NCBI GenBank assembly: GCA_039179785.1
Contig: JBCDEK010000004.1
Coordinates: 8,768 to 72,767, forward strand
Source: Pseudomonadota bacterium
GTDB taxonomy: Bacteria > Pseudomonadota > Alphaproteobacteria > Rhodobacterales > Rhodobacteraceae
Direction: 5' to 3'
Length of the DNA: 64,000 bases
A program made the translations under genes and the position numbers. The notes under the pieces were generated by a model, which saw only the letters and a program-made list of their open reading frames with translations, had not been told where the DNA came from and ran no database searches. This document shows positions 8,495 to 17,410 of this stretch, piece by piece. Within the stretch, counting starts at the first letter, position 1, and every line of letters starts with the position of its first letter.

Positions 8495-9508
8495 TTAGGG
8501 GGAATCGGGGGCCGGGTCAACCCGGCCATCATCGAAATCACCGTCCAAGACCCCGAGCATCTGTCGCGCTGCATCTGTCGGGGCCAAGCGCCCCTCGGAC
8601 ACCTGCGCGCCAAGCGCCGACATCGCCTCTTTGGCCTGCGGTGTATCGAGTTTTGACAGCAGGGCTGCCTTCACGTCTTCTTCGAACCAATAGCGCGCCT
8701 GCGCCGCGCGGGTTGCCTCAAAAAACCCGGCCTCCCGACGCCACACGATCAGCTTTTGCATGTCTTCCCAAGCGGCCTCCAATCCCTGATTGGCAAGCGC
8801 CGACACCATCATCGCCTTGGGGAATCCATCCGGGTCCTGCGCGCGTTTGCGCAAGAGCCGCAGCGCGCCCGCGTAGTCGGCGCAGGTGCGCGTGGCCGCA
8901 GGTTTCAGATCGCCGTCAGCTTTGTTGATCAGGATCATGTCCGCCATTTCCATGATCCCCCGCTTGACCCCCTGCAATTCGTCCCCACCCGCGGGGGCCA
9001 GGAGCAGCAAAAACAGGTCAGCTATTTGGGCCACGACCGTTTCGGACTGGCCCACGCCCACGGTTTCGATCAGGACCACGTCGAACCCTGCGCCTTCGCA
9101 CAGGGCCACCGCTTCGCGCGTGCGACGCGCCACGCCGCCCAGATGCGTCTGGCTGGGCGACGGGCGGATAAAGGCGGCGGATTCCCGGCTCAGCTTGTCC
9201 ATGCGTGTCTTGTCACCCAAGATTGACCCGCCCGACCGCGACGAGGACGGATCAACTGCCAGCACAGCCACGCGGAGACCGGCCTGAACGAGCATCATCC
9301 CGAACGCTTCGATAAAGGTGGATTTGCCGACGCCCGGCGTGCCGGACAACCCGATGCGCAGCGCCTGCCTGTCGCGTGGCAGTGCAGCGAGCACCTGCGC
9401 CGCCTCAGCGCGGTGATCCGCGCGCGCGCTTTCCACGAGCGTGATGCCGCGTGCCAAGGCGCGCCGTTCACCCGCGGCAATCCGCGCTGCAAGGTCTTCC
9501 GTGTCCAT
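8495..9508 (-). CDS. meaB: Methylmalonyl-CoA mutase-associated GTPase MeaB
   Basis: GTPGVGKST, AVDPSS, GGSILGDKTRM, ETVGVGQSE, NKAD. Confidence 0.95.
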   Translation of the reverse strand: MDTEDLAARIAAGERRALARGITLVESARADHRAEAAQVLAALPRDRQALRIGLSGTPGVGKSTFIEAFGMMLVQAGLRVAVLAVDPSSSRSGGSILGDKTRMDKLSRESAAFIRPSPSQTHLGGVARRTREAVALCEGAGFDVVLIETVGVGQSETVVAQIADLFLLLLAPAGGDELQGVKRGIMEMADMILINKADGDLKPAATRTCADYAGALRLLRKRAQDPDGFPKAMMVSALANQGLEAAWEDMQKLIVWRREAGFFEATRAAQARYWFEEDVKAALLSKLDTPQAKEAMSALGAQVSEGRLAPTDAARQMLGVLDGDFDDGRVDPAPDSP

Positions 9509-9581
9509 GCCGCGTTTCTGCGGGGCGGCCCGGGAAATGTCCAGTGTTGGCCCCCTTGCCGCATTCGGCCATAAGGCGGTC

Positions 9582-11981
9582 ATGACGCGCCTGCCCATCG
9601 ACGATATCCTGCCCGAGTTGATTGATACATTGCGTGCCCGCGGGCGCGCCGTGTTGCAGGCCCCGCCCGGCGCGGGCAAAACCACCCGTGTGCCTCTGGC
9701 GATGCTGGAGGCGGGCCTGACCGATGGGCGTGTTCTGATGCTGGAGCCGCGCCGCCTTGCCGCGCGCGCCGCCGCCGATCGCATGGCCTCCACTCTGGGG
9801 GAGAACACCGGCCAAACCGTGGGCTATCGCATACGGGGCGACAGCACGGTGGGCAAGAGCACCAAGATCGAGGTGGTCACCGAAGGCATTCTGACCCGGA
9901 TGTTGCAGGACGCGCCCGACCTGCCCGGTGTCGGCGCCGTGATCTTTGACGAGTTTCACGAACGCTCGCTGAATGCGGACCTTGGCCTGGCGCTTTGTCT
10001 GGAAGTGGCCGAGGCGCTGCGCGACGACCTGATCCTGCTGGCCATGTCCGCCACGCTGGATGCCGCCCCGGTGGCCGAGGTGATGAATGCGCCGATCCTG
10101 ACATCGGCGGGTCAGAGTTTTGAGGTCACGCCACATTGGCTGGACGCGCCCGTACCCAAACACACCCGGTTTGAGGCGGCCATGGCTGATCTGATCCGCA
10201 CCGCCTATGCCACGCATCCCGGGGGTCTGCTGGTTTTTCTGCCGGGCGAAGGAGAAATCCGGCGCACCGCCGCCCTGCTGTCGGATGTCCCGAACGTGCA
10301 CCCGTTGTTTGGCGCCATGGAGTTCAAAGCGCAGCGCGCGGCGATCACTCCATCGGAGCAGCGCAAGGTGGTGCTGGCCACGGCCATTGCCGAAACCTCG
10401 CTCACCATTCCCGACATTCGGATCGTGGTGGATGGCGGGCGTGCCCGCCGCGCGCAATTTGACCCGTCTTCTGGCATGTCGCGGCTGATCACGGAAAAGG
10501 TGACGCGCGCCGAGGCGACGCAGCGCGCGGGTCGTGCCGGGCGCGTGGCGCCAGGGGTCGCCTACAAGCTGTGGACCAAAGGAGAAGACGGCGCGCTCGC
10601 CGCCTTCCCGCCCCCCGAAATCAGCGCAGGCGACCTTGCCAGCTTTGCTCTTGAACTCGCCATCTGGGGCGGCGGTGAAAACGACCTGCGGTTCGTCACC
10701 CAACCGCACGAGGGACGCTTGGCCGAAGCCCGCGGCGTCCTCCAAATGCTCGGCGCGCTAGACGCAAGCAACCGGATCACCGACCATGGCCGCATGCTGG
10801 CCCGCCAGCCGCTACACCCCCGACTTGCGCACATGCTGGTGACAGCTGGAAAACAGGCGGGCTTGCTCGCGGCCCTCCTCGCCGACCGCGACCCGCTACG
10901 CAACCGCGGTACAGACCTGTCCCTGCGTCTGCGCGCGCTCCGAAACCCCGGCGACTTCGGCGACAGCGTGAACCGTGGCGCCGTCGCCCGCATCAAGGAC
11001 GAAGCCAAACGGCTCAGCGCCAAGCAACAAAACGGCCCGCCCGTCAGCCCCGCTGCCATGGCCACCCTCGCCTACCCTGACCGCATCGGGCTGCGCAGGC
11101 CGGGCGATGCGCCGCGCTATGTGCTCTCGGGTGGCAAAGGGGCGTTCCTTCCCGACGGGGACGCGCTGGCAGGGCAACGCCTGATCGTGGCCACGGACCT
11201 CGACGGCAACCCGCGCGAGGCCAAGATCAGGCAGGCCGCGATCCTGTCGATGTCAGAGCTTGAAGACCTCTTTGGTGACCAGATCGCTTGGGCCGACACC
11301 TGCACATGGTCCAAACGCGACCGCGCCGTGCGCGCCCGCACCCAGCGCCGCTTTGGCGCGCTCATTCTGGACGACAAACCGTGGCACGACGCCCCCGACG
11401 ACGCAGTGGCCACCGCCATGCGCGACGGTGTGCGCCAGTTGGGTCTCTCCCCCTCCAAAGCCGCCAAACGCCTCATGGCGCGGGCTGCGTTGATGGGCGA
11501 CGACTTTCCCGATATCAGCGAAGAGGCGCTGATGCAAACGCTTGATGACTGGCTGTTGCCGCACCTTGCCGGGGTCAGAACCGCCGCCGACTGGAAAGCC
11601 TTTGACATCCTGCCCGCCCTACAGACGCATCTAGGCTGGGCCGATATGCAGCGCCTCGACCGCGCGGTGCCGTCGCATTTCGAAACGCCACTCGGGCGGC
11701 GTGTGCCCATCGACTATGACGACGCCACCCCCGGCATCGCGGTGCGCCTGCAAGAGATGTTCGGGGTAACCGAGCACCCGAATGTGGGGGTCAAACCGCT
11801 GCAAATCACCCTGCTGTCCCCGGCCCAGCGCCCGGTGCAGGTGACGGCTGATCTGCCAGGGTTCTGGGCCAACTCCTATGCCGATGTGCGCAAGGACATG
11901 CGCGGGCAATATCCCAAGCATCCCTGGCCCGAAGACCCGACGCAGGCCGATCCGACGCTTCGTGCCAAGCGCCGACGCTGA
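9582..11981 (+). CDS. hrpB: ATP-dependent helicase HrpB
   Basis: APPGAGKTT, DEFHERS, MSAT, QRAGRAGR, C-terminal YPKHPWPEDP. Confidence 0.96.
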   Translation: MTRLPIDDILPELIDTLRARGRAVLQAPPGAGKTTRVPLAMLEAGLTDGRVLMLEPRRLAARAAADRMASTLGENTGQTVGYRIRGDSTVGKSTKIEVVTEGILTRMLQDAPDLPGVGAVIFDEFHERSLNADLGLALCLEVAEALRDDLILLAMSATLDAAPVAEVMNAPILTSAGQSFEVTPHWLDAPVPKHTRFEAAMADLIRTAYATHPGGLLVFLPGEGEIRRTAALLSDVPNVHPLFGAMEFKAQRAAITPSEQRKVVLATAIAETSLTIPDIRIVVDGGRARRAQFDPSSGMSRLITEKVTRAEATQRAGRAGRVAPGVAYKLWTKGEDGALAAFPPPEISAGDLASFALELAIWGGGENDLRFVTQPHEGRLAEARGVLQMLGALDASNRITDHGRMLARQPLHPRLAHMLVTAGKQAGLLAALLADRDPLRNRGTDLSLRLRALRNPGDFGDSVNRGAVARIKDEAKRLSAKQQNGPPVSPAAMATLAYPDRIGLRRPGDAPRYVLSGGKGAFLPDGDALAGQRLIVATDLDGNPREAKIRQAAILSMSELEDLFGDQIAWADTCTWSKRDRAVRARTQRRFGALILDDKPWHDAPDDAVATAMRDGVRQLGLSPSKAAKRLMARAALMGDDFPDISEEALMQTLDDWLLPHLAGVRTAADWKAFDILPALQTHLGWADMQRLDRAVPSHFETPLGRRVPIDYDDATPGIAVRLQEMFGVTEHPNVGVKPLQITLLSPAQRPVQVTADLPGFWANSYADVRKDMRGQYPKHPWPEDPTQADPTLRAKRRR

Positions 11982-11995
11982 ACGCGGCTGCGCGC

Positions 11996-12982
11996 CTACC
12001 CCCTGATCTGGGAAGGCGTCAGGCCCGGAGGGCCATTGCCCGCAGCTTCCGCCTGTCGGATCAGGGCGCGCATACGGGTATTCAGCGGTGCCTGCCTGCC
12101 GTTGCGCGCGGCCAGAGCGATGATGGCCCCTTGCAGGGCGTCGATCTCGGTCCGGCGACCGCGTTTCAGATCCTCCCACATGGAGGACCGCGCCTGGGCA
12201 TCGATGGTCAGCATCTGTGCGGCGATCCTGCGAAACAGCGGGGTTGGCAGGCGCAGGATATGCGGGATCAGGCGGGGCGAAACGACGGTGGTCTTGGCCG
12301 GAATGATCCCGGCCGCCGTCAGAATGCGCAGCGCCTCGGCCATTTGATCGGCCATCAGACACCGCCACGCACGGTCCTGCAATTGCGTCAGCAAGGGCAA
12401 ATCGGAGAGCGCGTTGATGGCGTTGCCCAGATTGATCAGCAACTTGCCCCATTGCACGGCCTCGATGTTGTCCACCTGCCGCCAGGCCAGGGTCGGCGTA
12501 CTGAACTCAGGCACTGGCCCTGCTTCGACCAGAATGTCGCCCGATGTGGCGCGATGCACCTGCGCCGGGTGTTCCTGGATCACATTGAACGGCACCATGG
12601 CGGCCCGGACATCTGCACCGGGCAGGGCCGCGCGCAGGATACCAGCGTTTTCGACGCCATTCTGCAAACTGAGGACCTGCGCCGCGGGCGCGTGTGCCAC
12701 GATCTCGCGCGCCATCGCAGCCGTGTCGCCGGACTTGACGCAAACCAGGATTACATCGGCATCGGTAAACGCCTGTTCGGCCGTGTCCACCATGTGTGGG
12801 TTGGGCAAGTGCAGATCATTGCCGTCAAAGTCGGTCAGGCGCAGTCCGGCCTTTGCGCAGGCGTCGCGCACGCGCGGGCGGGCAAGAAAGCGCACGTCGT
12901 GCCCCGCCGCCGCAAGCAGCCCGCCAACATAGCAGCCAATGCTGCCTGCCCCGGCGACGCTTATGCGCGGCTCAGACGCCAA
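11996..12982 (-). CDS. panE: 2-dehydropantoate 2-reductase
   Basis: GAGSIG Rossmann motif, SLQNG, WGKL, SSMWEDL...RRTEID; TTG start overlapping argF end inferred. Confidence 0.85.
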   Translation of the reverse strand: MASEPRISVAGAGSIGCYVGGLLAAAGHDVRFLARPRVRDACAKAGLRLTDFDGNDLHLPNPHMVDTAEQAFTDADVILVCVKSGDTAAMAREIVAHAPAAQVLSLQNGVENAGILRAALPGADVRAAMVPFNVIQEHPAQVHRATSGDILVEAGPVPEFSTPTLAWRQVDNIEAVQWGKLLINLGNAINALSDLPLLTQLQDRAWRCLMADQMAEALRILTAAGIIPAKTTVVSPRLIPHILRLPTPLFRRIAAQMLTIDAQARSSMWEDLKRGRRTEIDALQGAIIALAARNGRQAPLNTRMRALIRQAEAAGNGPPGLTPSQIRG

Positions 12983-13877
12983 GGCACCAACGCATGATGG
13001 CCTTTTGCGCGTGCAGCCGGTTTTCGGCCTCGTCAAAGATCACGGAATGCGGGCCATCCATGACCTCCGAGGTTGCCTCGTCGTCGCGGTGGGCAGGCAG
13101 GCAGTGCATGAAGAGGCTGTCAGGCCTGGCCTTCGACATCAGATCGGCGTTGACCTGATAGCCGCGCAACTGGTTGTGCCTGCGTTCGCGCGCCGATTGG
13201 GGATCGTGCATGCTGACCCAGGTGTCGGTCACGACAAGGTCAGCACCCTCCACCGCTTTGTGGGGGTCGCGTTCTGTGGTGTAGAGGCCATCGAGCGCCC
13301 GTTCGGGATCAAGCGGTTCCGGGCCGGTGAAGATCAGGTCGAACTCGAACTGTTTGGCGGCATGGGCGAAGCTGGCAAAGACGTTGTTGCCGTCACCCGA
13401 CCAGACCACTTTCTTGCCCTTGATGGGGCCGCGATGCTCTTCAAACGTCATGACGTCGGCCATGATCTGGCAGGGATGTGTACGGTTGGTGAGGCCATTG
13501 ATGACGGGTACGGTCGCATACTCCGCCATCTCCAGCAGCGTCGCCTCTTCGAACGTGCGGATCATAATCAGATCCACATAGCGGCTGAGGACGCACGCCG
13601 TGTCGGCGATGGTTTCGCCGTGGCCAAGCTGCATATCGCTGCCCGACAGCACCATCGTCTGCCCGCCCATCTGGCGCACACCCACATCAAAGGACACGCG
13701 GGTCCGGGTCGACGGTTTTTCGAAGATCAGGGCGACCATGTGACCTGCGAGCGGTTGGCCATCGTCGGGCGTGCCCTTTGGGCGGCCAGCACGCGCTGTT
13801 TTCATGGCATGGGCGCTGTCAATGATCTTGCGCAGGTCAGCTTGGTCGGTCGTGTGGATGTCGAGGAAATGGTTCAT
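12972..13877 (-). CDS. argF: Ornithine carbamoyltransferase
   Basis: [31 protein letters not shown]. Confidence 0.97.
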   Translation of the reverse strand: MNHFLDIHTTDQADLRKIIDSAHAMKTARAGRPKGTPDDGQPLAGHMVALIFEKPSTRTRVSFDVGVRQMGGQTMVLSGSDMQLGHGETIADTACVLSRYVDLIMIRTFEEATLLEMAEYATVPVINGLTNRTHPCQIMADVMTFEEHRGPIKGKKVVWSGDGNNVFASFAHAAKQFEFDLIFTGPEPLDPERALDGLYTTERDPHKAVEGADLVVTDTWVSMHDPQSARERRHNQLRGYQVNADLMSKARPDSLFMHCLPAHRDDEATSEVMDGPHSVIFDEAENRLHAQKAIMRWCLGV

Positions 13878-13900
13878 GTCGTATCTCTTGGTTGGCAAGC

Positions 13901-13953
13901 GCCGGGGGCTGCCTGCCCCCGGACCCCCGGTCGTATTTCGGGTCAGAAGAAGA
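13901..13953 (-). repeat. REP-like palindromic element, copy A (between argD and argF)
   Basis: Plus strand GGGGGCTGCCTGCCCCCGGACCCCCGGTCGTATTTCGGGTCAGAAGAAGA; similar to 16989-17035 and 54523-54591. Confidence 0.75.
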
Positions 13954-15126
13954 TCAGGCCGCGATAGCCTCTGCCGCCTTGTCAAGGCGCGCCACGGCTT
14001 CTGCAATTTCGTCATCGGTGATGGTCAGCGGCGGCAACAGACGGATCGTGTTGTCGGCAGCAGGCACGGTGATCACTTCGTTCTCGAACCCTGCCGCGAC
14101 CACATCCCCGCAGGGTGCCTTGCACTTGATGCCCAGCATCAAACCCGACCCGCGCACCTTTTCGAAGACATCCGGGTGCGCGGCAATCAGCCCTTCCAGC
14201 TTTTGGCGCAACAGACCCGCCTTGCGGTTCACGTCATCAAGGAAGGCTGGGTCGCCGACGATGTCCAGAACTGCGCAACCCACAGCGCAGCCCAGCGGGT
14301 TGCCGCCATAGGTCGACCCGTGGGTGCCCGCGGTCATGCCGCTTGCGGCCTCTTCGGTCGCCAGCACGGCACCAAGCGGGAAGCCCCCGCCAATGCCCTT
14401 GGCGACCATCATGATATCGGGTTCGATCCCGGCCCATTCGTGGGCAAAGAGTTTGCCTGTGCGGCCCACTCCGCACTGTACCTCGTCAAGGATCAGCAGA
14501 ATGCCTTTGTCATCGCATAGGTCGCGCAGCCCCTTCAGGCATTGGTCCGGCACGGGGATGATCCCGCCCTCACCTTGCACGGGTTCGATCAGGATCGCGG
14601 CGGTTTGGTCCGTGATGGCCGGTTCAATGGCATCGTGATCACCAAACGTCAGATGGGTGAAACCGGGAAGAAGCGGGCCAAATCCCTTGGTCATCTTTTC
14701 CGATCCGGCGGCGGCGATACCGGCGGATGATCGGCCATGGAAGCTGCCGGAGAAGGTGATGATGTCCACCTTCTCGGGGTGACCTTGATCGTACCAGTAT
14801 TTGCGCGCCATCTTCACCGCCAATTCGCAGGCCTCAGTGCCCGAATTGGTAAAGAACACGGTGTCGGCAAAGGTGTTATCCACCAGCTTGTCCGCCAGCG
14901 CCTGCTGCTGCGGGATGTGATACAGGTTCGACGTGTGCCAGAGCGTGTTCGCCTGATCCGTCAGGGCCTGGGTCAGGGACGGGTGCGCATGCCCCAGCGC
15001 ATTTACGGCGATGCCTGCGCCCAGATCCAGAAAACGTCGCCCGTCCGCCTCGATCAGCCAGGAGCCTTCGCCTTTGACGAAGGTTAAAGGCGCGCGGTTA
15101 TAGGTTGGCAGAACGGACGTGATCAT
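13954..15126 (-). CDS. argD: Acetylornithine aminotransferase
   Basis: [45 protein letters not shown]; precedes argF. Confidence 0.95.
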   Translation of the reverse strand: MITSVLPTYNRAPLTFVKGEGSWLIEADGRRFLDLGAGIAVNALGHAHPSLTQALTDQANTLWHTSNLYHIPQQQALADKLVDNTFADTVFFTNSGTEACELAVKMARKYWYDQGHPEKVDIITFSGSFHGRSSAGIAAAGSEKMTKGFGPLLPGFTHLTFGDHDAIEPAITDQTAAILIEPVQGEGGIIPVPDQCLKGLRDLCDDKGILLILDEVQCGVGRTGKLFAHEWAGIEPDIMMVAKGIGGGFPLGAVLATEEAASGMTAGTHGSTYGGNPLGCAVGCAVLDIVGDPAFLDDVNRKAGLLRQKLEGLIAAHPDVFEKVRGSGLMLGIKCKAPCGDVVAAGFENEVITVPAADNTIRLLPPLTITDDEIAEAVARLDKAAEAIAA

Positions 15127-15249
15127 GCGGATCATCCTTTTGTCAGTGCCCGAGGCGTAAAGCCACGTTCGTGCATGAGGCGTCGGGCGGGGTCAACATA
15201 TTTGAGAGAGGGGCGTGCCGTCACGGCACATCACGATCATGCGCAGCGG

Positions 15250-15294
15250 TCAGCTGCGTCGCAGGGCTCGTCGGAGGGATGCGATCTTGATCAT
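15250..15294 (-). CDS. Putative arginine-sensing leader peptide MIKIASLRRALRRS
   Basis: ATG ATC AAG ATC GCA TCC CTC CGA CGA GCC CTG CGA CGC AGC TGA, 123 nt upstream of argD; 4 Arg codons, 3 of them CGA. Confidence 0.65.
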   Translation of the reverse strand: MIKIASLRRALRRS

Positions 15295-15377
15295 GCGCCC
15301 CATTTACGGCAGAGCCGACGCGTTGGCCAGCAGAAATGCGCTTGCACTTGGCGCGTTCCGGGCGCACCCAAGCACCC

Positions 15378-16283
15378 ATGTTTGCCCCTAAAGCGCAGAA
15401 CCCGGCCCTGGCCGCCACGTTGATCATGATCGCCTGCGCGTTCATCGCGGCCACCACGCTGTTTGCCAAAGCGCTCGGGACGGACCAGTTCGGCGCCCCC
15501 CTGCACCCGTTTCAGATCAGCTTTGGCCGGTTTCTCTTTGCCTTTCTGGTGCTGGGTAGCGCCGCTGCCATATTGAGACCGGAATTGCAGCGCCCACGCT
15601 GGCGTCTGCACTTGGCACGTACCACAAGCGGTTGGCTGGGCGTGACGCTTATGTTCGCATCGGTGGCCTATATTCCATTGGCGGACGCGACGGCGATTTC
15701 ATTTCTCAACCCGGTTTTTGGCATGATCCTTGCCATTCCGCTCTTGGGCGAAACCGTGGGCAAATGGCGTTGGCTGGCCGCGGCGATCGCGCTTGTCGGG
15801 GCGATGATCCTGCTGCGGCCCACGCCCGAGAGCTTTCAGCCTGCCGCCCTTCTGGCTTTGGGCGCGGCGGTGGCACTGGGGCTGGAATTGAGTTTCATCA
15901 AGATGCTGACGGGGCGCGAGGGGCCGTTCACGATCCTGCTGACCAACAATGGTCTGGGACTGGTCATCGCAGGCATCGCCGTGTCCTTTGTCTGGGCCGC
16001 GCCAACATGGACGCAGTGGCTGCTGCTGGCGGGCATCGGTTGTGCGATGGCGGCGGCGCAGTCCTGTTTCGTGAACGCCATGGCGCGCGCCGACGCCAGC
16101 TTTGTCGCGCCGTTCAGCTACGGCACACTGATCTTTGCCGCGCTCTATGATGTGATGTTTTACGGGGTGATCCCCGATGCCATCACGATCCTTGGGGCCA
16201 GCATCATCATCGCGGGTGCCCTGCTTCTGGCCTGGCGTGAGGCGCGCAATACCCCACCAAAGGCCGCAGGTCGTCCCTTGTAA
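15378..16283 (+). CDS. DMT/EamA family transporter
   Basis: About 10 hydrophobic segments, two EamA repeats (LGETVG, APFSY). Confidence 0.88.
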   Translation: MFAPKAQNPALAATLIMIACAFIAATTLFAKALGTDQFGAPLHPFQISFGRFLFAFLVLGSAAAILRPELQRPRWRLHLARTTSGWLGVTLMFASVAYIPLADATAISFLNPVFGMILAIPLLGETVGKWRWLAAAIALVGAMILLRPTPESFQPAALLALGAAVALGLELSFIKMLTGREGPFTILLTNNGLGLVIAGIAVSFVWAAPTWTQWLLLAGIGCAMAAAQSCFVNAMARADASFVAPFSYGTLIFAALYDVMFYGVIPDAITILGASIIIAGALLLAWREARNTPPKAAGRPL

Positions 16284-16332
16284 CTTCGGGCTGCGTGACT
16301 ACTATAGGGCGCTGACACTGAATTGAGACACG

Positions 16333-16360
16333 AAGGCGGCCCCGCTTTGGGCCGCTTTTT
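16333..16360 (+). terminator. Hairpin plus T-tract between the DMT gene and gcrA
   Basis: AAGGCGGCCC-CGCTTT-GGGCCGCTTTTT. Confidence 0.55.
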
Positions 16361-16378
16361 AAATCGGAAAGCCTGCTG

Positions 16379-16948
16379 ATGTCCTGGACTGACGAACGCG
16401 TTGAACTCTTGAAGAAGATGTGGGGCGAGGGCCAGTCGGCCAGCCAGATCGCCAAGGAGCTGGGTGGCGTGACCCGCAATGCGGTGATCGGCAAGGTGCA
16501 TCGCCTGGGCCTGTCGAACCGTGCGGGCGGTGGATCCAGCACGGCCAAGGCCGACGCCAAGCCCAAAGCGGCCCCCAAGGCCAAGGCCGAGCCGAAACCG
16601 CAGCTCAAGACCGAACCCGCGGTCAAGCCGGTCCCGGCCCCCGAGACCAAGGCCGTGGTGCCCGCGCGCAAGCAGATCATTCCGGCAGGCCAGCCCCTGC
16701 CCCCGCAGCCCTCGGCCAACGAAATCAGCCCCGAGGCGCTGGCGAAGGTCAACGAGGTCGAGAAGAAGGCCAAGAAGATCAGCCTGATGGAGTTGACCGA
16801 ACGAACCTGCAAATGGCCCGTGGGCGACCCCGCAACCGAGAATTTCTGGTTTTGCGGACTGCCGGTGCAACAGGGCAAGCCCTATTGTGAGGCTCATGTG
16901 GGTGTGGCCTTTCAGCCGATGTCGTCGCGCCGCGACCGCCGCCGCTGA
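16379..16948 (+). CDS. gcrA: Cell-cycle regulator GcrA
   Basis: MSWTDERVELLKKMW...TRNAVIGKVHRLGL; CKWPVGDP...FCG...YCEAH. Confidence 0.97.
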   Translation: MSWTDERVELLKKMWGEGQSASQIAKELGGVTRNAVIGKVHRLGLSNRAGGGSSTAKADAKPKAAPKAKAEPKPQLKTEPAVKPVPAPETKAVVPARKQIIPAGQPLPPQPSANEISPEALAKVNEVEKKAKKISLMELTERTCKWPVGDPATENFWFCGLPVQQGKPYCEAHVGVAFQPMSSRRDRRR

Positions 16949-16988
16949 TCCAAAGGCCGCCTGACGGCGACATGATTGTTTCTTGAAT

Positions 16989-17035
16989 GGGGGCGCTGCC
17001 CCCAAACCCCCGTCGTATTTTCAGTCAGAAGAAGA
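16989..17035 (-). repeat. REP-like element, copy B (overlaps cueR 3' end)
   Basis: Plus strand GGGGGCGCTGCCCCCAAACCCCCGTCGTATTTTCAGTCAGAAGAAGA. Confidence 0.75.
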
Positions 17036-17410
17036 CAGGGTGTTCAGGATTGGGCAGTCCGGTCTGTCATCTCCTGCGCAGGTTTGGACCAGATGGCTGA
17101 GCGTGTCGCGCATCGCCGACAGGTCTGCGATCTTCGTCTCGATCTCTGTCAGGTGCTCTTGCGCGATCTTGCGCACGTCGCCGCTTGCCCGGTCACGATC
17201 TTCCCAAAGGGCGAGCAGTGACCGGCAATCCTCGACTGAAAAGCCCAGCGCGCGGGCGCGGGCCAAGAACGTGAGTTGGTGGATGTGGGTGTCAGAGAAA
17301 CTGCGATATCCGTTCGCGCCGCGCTCCGGCGCGATCAGGCCGATCTCTTCGTAATAGCGGATCGTTTTTGCGGGCAGCATGGTTGTTTTTGCGGCTTGGG
17401 AGATGTTCAT
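17021..17410 (-). CDS. cueR: Cu(I)-responsive MerR family regulator
   Basis: [24 protein letters not shown] metal-binding loop; coupled to copA. Confidence 0.95.
   Translation of the reverse strand: MNISQAAKTTMLPAKTIRYYEEIGLIAPERGANGYRSFSDTHIHQLTFLARARALGFSVEDCRSLLALWEDRDRASGDVRKIAQEHLTEIETKIADLSAMRDTLSHLVQTCAGDDRPDCPILNTLSSSD

Noticed and set aside
13878-14015. 46-aa N-terminal extension of ArgF in the ORF track (similar extensions on maf, the nitrilase, meaB, opgG, opgH and kpsE)
   Set aside because: Translates the repeat or upstream gene; family homology starts at the downstream Met
15193-15240. Second short ORF MIVMCRDGTPLSQIC in the argD leader
   Set aside because: No SD, only one Arg and no position at a predicted transcript start; likely incidental
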